From IMG/VR virus record IMGVR_UViG_3300045131_002929, positions 32,001 through 96,000 of that record: DNA of 64,000 nt. One strand, written 5' to 3'. This DNA is from a virus. A program made the translations under genes and the position numbers. The notes under the pieces were generated by a model. That model had not been told where the DNA came from and did not search any database. It saw nothing but the letters and a program-made list of their open reading frames with translations. Shown in pieces: positions 56,799-64,000 of the stretch; positions within the stretch are counted from its first letter, which is position 1, and every line of letters starts with the position of its first letter.

Positions 56799-59521
56799 GA
56801 CCACTGGGCCTGCGCCGGATCCGTCAGATCCTCCACGTCCAGCGTGGGCGTCAAAGTGTCCACCAGGCTCGGGTACATGCCCCTTATGTGCCATATCGCC
56901 GAGCACGCGAAATTCAGAGCGTGGGCGAAATCGTCAGTGCAGCCGTCCTCCCTGACCATAAGCGTGTACGAGGACCCCCGCGGCGTCTCATGGGTCTCCT
57001 GCAGTATGGCCATGAGATCCCTCAGAATGTCAGGGCATGTGTCGTACGCCGGCAGTAGGACCTTGCGCCGTTTGATCATCTCGAACAGGATCATCAGCGA
57101 CCTGGTCTTGTCCATGTTGTAGCATGACCGGCCGCCCTGGCCTTTGTAGTAGGATATCACCTTGCGCGAGGAAGGCGAGAACACCAGCTGGAACGGGATG
57201 ACCTGGCTTGCCGGGTAGCCGGACTGGATGAGGACCGCCTCGCGGATCATGCCCGCGCCGGAGAAGTCGTGGGCGATATAGGCCGCCTTGGACATCTGCG
57301 CCAGATCTATCACCCGCTGCGCCTCCTGCTCCGGCTTCATGCCCATAGGCAGCCGCTCCGAGTACATGCAGATCAAGTCGTCGTTCGGCGGCCTTATGCC
57401 GACCAGCGAGACGGCCGTCGTGGACTCACCCGAGGACCCGAACCCGCTCCAGTCGACACCCATGACGACCGGCCCCATGCACTTCAGATGATCGCCGAGC
57501 GCTGAAAGCGTGTTCGGCTTGCCGTGCGACGCGGCCCTTATGTCCTCTTCCGTGAAAGGCTTGGCGCCCTCGTCGCAAGGCTCGCCGAGGATCTCATTGT
57601 TGAACTTGGCCTTGCTGTAGGCGCGCGGGCCCTCCATCTTGCCGAGCAGATCCTTCCACTTCACCTTGCTCCAGCAGTGGATCGGATGCACCGCCTGCGG
57701 CACGTGGTACCCCTCGCAGACGCCGCGCAGCCGCGGCCGGGCGTGGACGAAGAAGCCCTTGCGGACGTCGAGGTCGGAGCCGCACTTCGCGCAGCAGCAG
57801 GTCTCCTTGCCTATCATGCGCTCTAGGTCGTGCGCCAGGGAAGCCACGTTCTCCTTGCCGCAGCCGCAGGGGGTCACCCATTCCGCCATGGAGGAAGATT
57901 TGAAGAGTTTGGACAGCGTGTTGGAGTTGGTCAGCGGCGTGCCCGAGAACTGCAGGAAGCCGGCCGTGTCCTCCTGGGCCGACGTGCACTCCTCGATGAC
58001 GGGCAGGAATTCCTCGTTGATGTCCTGGGCCTCGTCCACGGCCACCTTGGCCACCGCGAAGCCGCGGAGCCGATCGGGGTCGAGGAAGGCGTACGAGAAG
58101 TTCAGCGTGGAGCCGTTCGCCAGCACCTTCTCATAGATGGACTTCTCGCGGCCCTTGTCGACGAGGGCGCGGGCCGTGTCGGAGCTGGACAGCAGGACGT
58201 CCACGTATTTCGTGGAGAACCGCTTGGCCTGCTCGTAGCGGGGCTGCACGAAAAGAGTGTGGAAGTAAGGAGTGACCGCGCCTTGTATAACTCCTTGACT
58301 GGCGAGGCTTAGTGAGTTATGGCTGACTATTCCGTCTAGGATGAAATTATGATGAGTGTCGACTTCTATGTCCAGTGTAAGCGCTGCCGGTATTGGTTTT
58401 ATGCTTACTATCTCGTCCCATCTCACGTCCCCGAACGCCGCGCCTCTTATCTTGCCGGCAGATTCCGGCAGCGGCGGGAATGGTTTGCCTGGTACCTGTA
58501 AATAGGATTTGAATAGCTCCAGCCCCCTTCGCGTCTCTACTCTAACGACGTAAGAATCTAAGCACCTTTTACCATTGCGCGATGTCTTCCGCCTGGTTAT
58601 GGAGGAAGGTATTCCGAATTTAATCAGTAAAGACCTCACGCCCATGGCAAGTTTTCTTGACGCGGAGCTGTAGGAGCACTCCACGGCGCCTCGCGGCGCG
58701 TGCGCGCCTATATGGCCATCCGTCGCCCACAGCCTTGTGAGAAATAAAACGGTGTCCTCTCTGTTCAGATCAAACGCCCATTCAGGTATGAACTTGGTGT
58801 CGGAATAACAACCGAGCAGCCCGTCCGCCTTCAAGTACTCTACGAAAATAGAATGCCGAAAAAGCCTGACGTGCTTCGCCGTCGTGCCGTATTTGCCGGA
58901 CACTTCCCCGGCATTCTCACCCACTAAATCTATAAACTCGTCGAGAGCCTCTCCCGGGCAGGCTGTGAAGACGACGCGGTCTCGATGCGCCATGGACCCG
59001 TCGCCTATCAAGTACGCGGTGACGGCGATTCTAGCCCTGGTCTCTACCCTGCTGGAGAAAGACCCGTGCCTCGCCAGCGACGCCAAACGACTGCCTACCT
59101 CCAACTTGGACGCCGCTTCATACCCGGAATACGTCAACAGCCTGTGGTTCGGCGTGACCGAGAAAGCGGACCCCATACGAGTCTCTATCCGGAGCAAAGG
59201 CTGCGTTCCGTTGTCGAAGATATTGAGTATCCTCTGGGAGTCGGCCTTGAATTCAGGGTCGACGCATGAGACCTCATCACCAACCTTCAGCTCGAACGCT
59301 TTTTTATACAAACCATTGGACAAACGTACTAACTCGTTGATTTCAAGACATTTCCCCATTTGACGTCCGCACATATAGATAAGACGTTTCGGCTGCTCCA
59401 ATCTGAAGAAAGGCTCGAACATGAAATGCCGCTCGAGCGTGAGCGATTTGCCGTTCAGTTTGAATAGCCTTAGAAGCGGCACGAGATTGTCCAGTTTCAC
59501 TTTCGGCTCTTCAGCCATCAT
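56795..59521 (-). CDS. terL: Terminase large subunit, intein-containing
   Basis: Walker A GRQMGK|S after intein removal; DRLRG; Walker B VAVDEAQD; coupling motif SGTP; nuclease GVDW...DDFAHA. Confidence 0.9.
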   Translation of the reverse strand: MMAEEPKVKLDNLVPLLRLFKLNGKSLTLERHFMFEPFFRLEQPKRLIYMCGRQMGKCLEINELVRLSNGLYKKAFELKVGDEVSCVDPEFKADSQRILNIFDNGTQPLLRIETRMGSAFSVTPNHRLLTYSGYEAASKLEVGSRLASLARHGSFSSRVETRARIAVTAYLIGDGSMAHRDRVVFTACPGEALDEFIDLVGENAGEVSGKYGTTAKHVRLFRHSIFVEYLKADGLLGCYSDTKFIPEWAFDLNREDTVLFLTRLWATDGHIGAHAPRGAVECSYSSASRKLAMGVRSLLIKFGIPSSITRRKTSRNGKRCLDSYVVRVETRRGLELFKSYLQVPGKPFPPLPESAGKIRGAAFGDVRWDEIVSIKPIPAALTLDIEVDTHHNFILDGIVSHNSLSLASQGVIQGAVTPYFHTLFVQPRYEQAKRFSTKYVDVLLSSSDTARALVDKGREKSIYEKVLANGSTLNFSYAFLDPDRLRGFAVAKVAVDEAQDINEEFLPVIEECTSAQEDTAGFLQFSGTPLTNSNTLSKLFKSSSMAEWVTPCGCGKENVASLAHDLERMIGKETCCCAKCGSDLDVRKGFFVHARPRLRGVCEGYHVPQAVHPIHCWSKVKWKDLLGKMEGPRAYSKAKFNNEILGEPCDEGAKPFTEEDIRAASHGKPNTLSALGDHLKCMGPVVMGVDWSGFGSSGESTTAVSLVGIRPPNDDLICMYSERLPMGMKPEQEAQRVIDLAQMSKAAYIAHDFSGAGMIREAVLIQSGYPASQVIPFQLVFSPSSRKVISYYKGQGGRSCYNMDKTRSLMILFEMIKRRKVLLPAYDTCPDILRDLMAILQETHETPRGSSYTLMVREDGCTDDFAHALNFACSAIWHIRGMYPSLVDTLTPTLDVEDLTDPAQAQWS
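58316..59350 (-). mobile_element. Intein (345 aa) with LAGLIDADG homing endonuclease
   Basis: Starts CL, block B TPNH, LAGLIDADG motifs AYLIGDG and RLWATDG, ends HNFILDGIVSHN followed by Ser(+1); visibly lower GC than the exteins. Confidence 0.93.
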
Positions 59522-60194
59522 AGCACCTATGTTTCAGGGCCGCGGCCCATGTTGGCGTAGGCGGGCGGCCCGCCGACGGTATGTCCGCGAGCGGCAGGCA
59601 GCTGGCCGCCCGCCACTCGGCCGGTCCGGAGAAAGGGCAGTGCGCGCAGAGCCGGTCCAGGCCCCAGACCGCCGTCGGCGGCTCCGCGCGGTAAAGGTCG
59701 GCCATGCCGAGCAGCCTGGCCTGCGGCACCGCGCCGCTGCACGGCAGCCACCCGCGCGGATCCAGCGAGAAGCCGCACCGGTAAGGCATCCTGCACGGGG
59801 TCGAGGCCAGCCCTAGGTCGGTAGGCGAGGCGAACACCGGCAGGTGGGCCTTGAGGCGCGGCGGCCGGCCCCCGAGCCGCACCGCCCGGCGCCAGCGGCC
59901 CGGGGGCGGCGGCAGGACGCCGTTGGTGTCGACCTTCACAGAGCCGACCAGGCCGGCGTCGACGGCGGCCGCCAGCAACTCGGCTATCTCGGCGAAGGCC
60001 GGATGCAGCAGCGGCTCGCCGCCGGCCACCTTCACCCGCTCCGCCCTCGCGCCGGTAGCCGACAACTTATCGATAAATGACGCTATGGCCGCAGGGTCCA
60101 CCAGTCCCGCGTCGGCGGGCCGGAGATGGCACAGCCGATTGCAGTCGGGGCAGGCCAGGTTGCAGGCCATGACGATGTTCAATTCCACACGCAC
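59511..60194 (-). CDS. Radical SAM protein with C-terminal Cys cluster (SPASM/twitch-like)
   Basis: CNLACPDC (CxxxCxxC), GGEPLLHP, TNG; C...C...C...CAHC tail; GTG start. Confidence 0.85.
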   Translation of the reverse strand: MRVELNIVMACNLACPDCNRLCHLRPADAGLVDPAAIASFIDKLSATGARAERVKVAGGEPLLHPAFAEIAELLAAAVDAGLVGSVKVDTNGVLPPPPGRWRRAVRLGGRPPRLKAHLPVFASPTDLGLASTPCRMPYRCGFSLDPRGWLPCSGAVPQARLLGMADLYRAEPPTAVWGLDRLCAHCPFSGPAEWRAASCLPLADIPSAGRPPTPTWAAALKHRCYDG

Positions 60195-60317
60195 TGCTAC
60201 TTCCTACGGTAGGTTAAAAATAAGCCGGATCCAGTCATAATATACCAGTCTGCGGACCTAACTATTTTTTTTAACTCCGAACTCTGGCCGGCCCAACAAC
60301 ACGAAAGGAGAGGCAGT

Positions 60318-60491
60318 ATGCGTAAAACGGCAAGAAAGGCACAGAGGGTGAGGGGGTTGGAGTTCGCGGACGGATCGAAAGGCCCGGCGCTGTCGACGCC
60401 AGGCTTGAAGACGGCCAGGCGACCGGACAGGAGCGAGGGTGTCAAACCGAACCCCGGCGACGCCGACAGAAGGCGCGGGTCCGGTGGCTGA
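60318..60491 (+). CDS. Possible small basic protein
   Basis: AAAGGAG RBS then MRKTARKAQRVRG... (57 aa, below the ORF-track cutoff). Confidence 0.35.
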   Translation: MRKTARKAQRVRGLEFADGSKGPALSTPGLKTARRPDRSEGVKPNPGDADRRRGSGG

Positions 60492-60495
60492 CGCC

Positions 60496-60675
60496 ATGGA
60501 CAGACTGCTGCGGATGCTCAACGACGCCGTCGAAGAGCATTCCGCGGACGAGCCCGACGAGCTGTCGGGGGAAGGGGATTTGGAGTCGGAGGAAGCCGGC
60601 GGCCAGCCCGTTACGGTCAATGAATTCCACAACCACGGGGTGGTCGTAATACAGAACAACCACTATTACCGCTAA
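60496..60675 (+). CDS. Possible small acidic protein
   Basis: MDRLLRMLNDAVEE...NNHYYR; start uncertain. Confidence 0.35.
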   Translation: MDRLLRMLNDAVEEHSADEPDELSGEGDLESEEAGGQPVTVNEFHNHGVVVIQNNHYYR

Positions 60676-60689
60676 AGTTGGCACGGGGT

Positions 60690-61022
60690 TTGCGTCGCGC
60701 GCGAATATAGTATTATCTTATTTTTAGTATTTAATAATACTCTTAAGATTTATCCTATTTCGCGCGCGTGTGTGTGCACGCCCGCGTACGCGCCTGCGAT
60801 AAGTATTATTCTTATTAAAACTATTAAACTGTAAGAATAAGAGTAATACCTTTCTCGCGCGCGTGCATGGGCGCAGGTGCGGGGGCGTGCAGGCCTGGGC
60901 GTGCGGGCGCCTTTTAAGAATAAAAATATATATTTTATTTATGCAGCTTCGCTGCTAATAAATAAAAATATATTACGAAAACGAAGGCGTTTTTGAAAAA
61001 GAAATTTGGAAAATTGTGAAAT
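60690..61022. other. AT-rich non-coding tracts separated by CGCGCG blocks; candidate replication origin
   Basis: Three AT-rich blocks (~60704-60760, 60799-60855, 60912-61022) in an otherwise GC-rich genome. Confidence 0.55.
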
Positions 61023-61091
61023 CGATCGGAGAGCCTCCGCTCGGGTGGGGGCTGCGCCCCCCCTCGCTGGGCTCCGAAGATCGAAGCCATG

Positions 61092-61267
61092 GGAGCTCGG
61101 AGCTCGGAGCTCGGATCATTCACAGCTAGCCGGCTTCGAAGCCTGGGCTAACATTCAGCTTCGAAGCTTGGGCTAACATTCAGCTTCGAAGCTCGGATCA
61201 TTCACAGCTAGCCGGCTTCGAAGCCTGGGCTAACATTCAGCTTCGAAGCCTGGGCTAACATTCAGCT
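61092..61267. repeat. Nested iteron-like tandem repeats
   Basis: GGAGCTC x3; 82-bp period unit x2; 25-bp unit GCTTCGAAGC(C/T)TGGGCTAACATTCA x4; palindrome GCTTCGAAGC at 61133, 61158, 61183, 61215, 61240. Confidence 0.92.
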
Positions 61268-61299
61268 GCGACAACCAACCAACCGAACAAGGAGGCCGA

Positions 61300-62370
61300 A
61301 TGTCCAGAATCATCTTCATCGGGGACGGCCACATGTCCGAGCTCGCCTGGAAGTCCAGGCCTTCAGCTCGGTGGGACGCGAAGTCCGCCCTGCTGGCCAT
61401 CGTCGGCGCGGAACGCGGCAGGGCCGACGCGCTCGTCTTCTGCGGGGACTGCTTCGACAGCAGAAGGCCCTCGCCGGACGAGTTCAAAGCCATGGCGGAC
61501 TGCCTCGACGGCAGCGGCCTCAGGGTCCTGCACGTCCAGGGCAACCACGACAAATGCCGCGGCGAAGGCTGGATGAGCCTGCTAGGCTCGGAAAGCCTGC
61601 ACGGCCGGGTCGTCGACGTCAGCGGGGTCAAGCTGGCCGGGGTGGACCACAGCGGCCCGGACGAGCTGGAGGCCGTGCTAGGCGGGATCTGCGACAGCGG
61701 GCCTTTCGACGTCCTAGTCCTGCACCAGGCGCTCAGCGAGGCCGGCAGCAGGGAGCCGGGATGCCTCAGCAAGGCGGACGTCCCGCACTGCGCCCGGATC
61801 GGCATGGTGGTCGGCCACACCCACAACCCGATGGCCTGCCGGGACTCCGAGGGCCGCTGGGTCGTCAGCCCGGGCTGCACCCACCGGCGCAAGGTGGACG
61901 AGCCGCCCGGCACGTACGCCGTCCTCGAGGACGGCGCGTTCAGCTCGGAGCGCGTCCAGTGGGGCCGGGAGCTGCTCGAGCTGACCGCCGAGGCGGCCGC
62001 GGCCCGCGAGGAGCCCGCGGCCGATCCGCCGCAGCTGGCCAGAGTGCGCGGGGCCGACCCGCGCACTCTGGCGAAAGCCTGCAACAGGCTGGCCAAGCTC
62101 GGCCTGCTGGTCTTCCCGCAGCTCGAGGCGGGTCCCGGCAGGGAGGCCGTGAAGGTCAGCGTCGGCGAGCTGTGCAGGCTCGAAGACGCGATATCGTCGT
62201 TCGCCAGCTCGCCGGACATGGCGGGCTTCCTGCTGGCCGCCTGCTCCGAGGGCGTCAGGGAGGTCGATCACAGGTCGGAGGTCATGCGGTCCGAGCGGGC
62301 CGAACTCGAAAGGAGGCTGGCAGATGCCCAGGCTGTTAGGAATGCGGGCGTCCAATCTGGGCGTCCATGA
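61300..62370 (+). CDS. sbcD: Mre11/SbcD/gp47-like metallophosphoesterase nuclease
   Basis: GDGH, GDCFD, GNHD, LHQ, GHTH motifs; AAGGAGG RBS; adjacent to the SMC-like ATPase. Confidence 0.85.
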   Translation: MSRIIFIGDGHMSELAWKSRPSARWDAKSALLAIVGAERGRADALVFCGDCFDSRRPSPDEFKAMADCLDGSGLRVLHVQGNHDKCRGEGWMSLLGSESLHGRVVDVSGVKLAGVDHSGPDELEAVLGGICDSGPFDVLVLHQALSEAGSREPGCLSKADVPHCARIGMVVGHTHNPMACRDSEGRWVVSPGCTHRRKVDEPPGTYAVLEDGAFSSERVQWGRELLELTAEAAAAREEPAADPPQLARVRGADPRTLAKACNRLAKLGLLVFPQLEAGPGREAVKVSVGELCRLEDAISSFASSPDMAGFLLAACSEGVREVDHRSEVMRSERAELERRLADAQAVRNAGVQSGRP

Positions 62371-64000
62371 GACGCTCGAGGTGGCGTTCCCGTCGGGGAT
62401 GACGCTGCTCAGAGGCCGCAACGGGTCCGGCAAGAGCACGATGCTCGCCGGCCTTTTTTTCGCCTTGGCGGGCGACCACCCCGAGGAGGGCAAGACCAAG
62501 GCCTCGCTGCTGGCGTGGGGCGCCAGGAAAGGCTGGGTCGAGGTCGACTTCGAGGCCGAGGGCAAGGCCTACAAGGTCCGCCGCGCGCTGGACGCGGCCG
62601 CCGCGTCGCTGGAGGGCGGCGAGGCTAAGATCACAGGCGCCAAGAACGTCGACGCCGCGGTGGCCGACCTGCTCGGCATGGACCGCGACTCGCTGCTGCT
62701 GGCCGCCTTCATGAGCCAGCGGGACAGCACGGACATCCTCACGGCCACGGAGTCCAAACGGCTCAGGGAATGGGCGCGGCTGGCCGGCTTCAAGCACGCC
62801 GAGCGCGTCAGGGAGCGGCTGCGGGCGGCCTCGGCCGAGATACCGCCGCGGCAGGACATGGCGCAAAGGCTGGAGGCGCTGCGGGCCAGCTTGGCGGATA
62901 ACGAGAAAAGAACGGCGGCGGTGGAAGCCTCGCTAGCGCCCCTGGCAGAAACGGCAGCGGCCGCAAAAGCCGCGGCCCTCGTCTATATACCCTCCGGCAT
63001 CAAAGCCTCTGAAAAGGCCCTCAGAATCGCTGAAAACGCCATTAGCCTCGAAAAGACGCTGGTGGGGCTTATGGCGCTGCCGCCTAGGGCCGAGGTCAAA
63101 CCGCCGCCCGACGCCGGGCTGCGGGCCAAGGCGGCGGCCTGGTCCAGGGCGTACGAGCTGGCCGGCGCGATCGCCGAGGCGGAGCAGGGCTTGAAGGCCA
63201 TGCCCGAAGCGGCGGCCGTCGAGCGGGAGCTGGCCACGGCGCGGCAGGAGGCGGAGGCCGAGACGGTCCGGTCCGGCCTATCCGCCGTCAGGTCCGGCCT
63301 GAAGGCGGGCATGACGTGTCCGGTCTGCGACAGCATCCTGGCAGCCGATCCGGGCCAGATCCTATCGATAGGTTCAAACCACAGGGCGGCGGCGCGCAGG
63401 CTGGAGTCGGAGCTCGCGGCCAGAAGAAAAGCCGACGACAGACTGGCGGGCCTGAGGGCGGATTTCGATAAGTCGGCGGCGATGGCGGCGGGCTTCGACA
63501 AAGTGGCGTACGACGCGGCGATGACGGCCGCGGAGGGCGCGGCGCTCGCGGCGCGGGGCAACAAGGCCCGCGACGAGCTGGAGGCCGAGGTCGTCAGGCT
63601 GCACGAGGCGGGCCTGCGGTTAAAGGATATCGCGGCCGTGCCGGACGACACGCCGGACCCCGCTCTGCTCAGAAAAGCCGCCGACGATGCTTCTATTATT
63701 CTAATAGAAGCAAAATCCGAGCTTAGACACTTGCAAAGCTTGAAGGCGATGCTAGTTTTAGAGCTGTCTGAGATCGAGGCTTGGGAGGCGTTGCGGGCGG
63801 TGGAGGACGCGCAGCGGTCGTTTCTGGAGGGATCCAGGGCGGCGCTCGCTCCGGACGCGGCGCCAAGGGCCGCGGCGGCCGCGCTGGCCGCCCCGCTGGC
63901 CCAGGCCGTGTCGGCCCAGCTGTTCATGATGGGCGCCCCCTTCTCGCTATCGATAACCAGCGAGCTGGAGCCGCGGGCCGTGAAGGACGGCCGTAACGTG
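62324..64000 (+). CDS. sbcC: Rad50/SbcC/gp46-like ATPase (runs off the window)
   Basis: Not in the ORF track; ATG 62324 after AGGAGG gives MPRLLGMRASNLGVH...GRNGSGKST (Walker A), coiled coil, and in-frame zinc hook CPVC at ~63317. Confidence 0.88.
   Translation, partial: MPRLLGMRASNLGVHETLEVAFPSGMTLLRGRNGSGKSTMLAGLFFALAGDHPEEGKTKASLLAWGARKGWVEVDFEAEGKAYKVRRALDAAAASLEGGEAKITGAKNVDAAVADLLGMDRDSLLLAAFMSQRDSTDILTATESKRLREWARLAGFKHAERVRERLRAASAEIPPRQDMAQRLEALRASLADNEKRTAAVEASLAPLAETAAAAKAAALVYIPSGIKASEKALRIAENAISLEKTLVGLMALPPRAEVKPPPDAGLRAKAAAWSRAYELAGAIAEAEQGLKAMPEAAAVERELATARQEAEAETVRSGLSAVRSGLKAGMTCPVCDSILAADPGQILSIGSNHRAAARRLESELAARRKADDRLAGLRADFDKSAAMAAGFDKVAYDAAMTAAEGAALAARGNKARDELEAEVVRLHEAGLRLKDIAAVPDDTPDPALLRKAADDASIILIEAKSELRHLQSLKAMLVLELSEIEAWEALRAVEDAQRSFLEGSRAALAPDAAPRAAAAALAAPLAQAVSAQLFMMGAPFSLSITSELEPRAVKDGRNV

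Larger units (their letters stand above)
1..64000. mobile_element. Segment of a large myovirus-type (contractile tail) phage genome
   Basis: Terminase large subunit, sheath, tube, frameshifted chaperone, tape measure, baseplate J-like, phage-type Mre11/Rad50 pair and own sigma factor; dense overlapping gene packing; no host core genes seen. Confidence 0.9.

Noticed and set aside
61092-61267. Mini CRISPR array
   Set aside because: The sequences between palindromes are repeated rather than unique, are only 15-22 bp, and no cas genes are present.
1-64000. tRNA, rRNA, integrase/att, capsid or portal genes
   Set aside because: None recognised by eye; a covariance-model and profile search would be needed to exclude divergent ones.

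Overview
The window is a 64-kb, GC-rich segment of a large (probably jumbo) contractile-tailed dsDNA phage. No host housekeeping genes, integrase, rRNA/tRNA, capsid or portal were recognised. From left to right: (i) small leftward genes at <1-2106, including a permuted DHH-like phosphoesterase; (ii) a ~51-kb rightward virion-morphogenesis region at 2342-53531. It opens with giant adhesin-like proteins (Asp-box propellers, poly-Ser linkers, Ig-like and InlB-B-type repeats, BspA-type LRR, LamG) and three glycosyltransferase-like genes. These are followed by neck/tail-completion genes, sheath, tube, a spike-like protein, a tail chaperone with a -1 frameshift signal, tape measure, baseplate genes with an embedded sigma-70-family factor, and further Ser-rich proteins; (iii) a KxA-motif-rich protein, an intein-containing terminase large subunit and a radical-SAM gene; (iv) an AT-rich, iteron-like intergenic region (candidate origin) and an Mre11/Rad50 (SbcD/SbcC-like) pair running off the right end. 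The most unusual observation is that the three consecutive giant fibre genes (3246-6974, 6967-9891, 9900-13298) are each broken at the same point inside one Ig-like repeat. One protein ends with the first half of the domain and the next starts with the second half, suggesting a split-domain coupling mechanism that chains separately translated proteins into one ~3350-aa fibre. All product calls come from motif recognition and gene context; no database searches were run.
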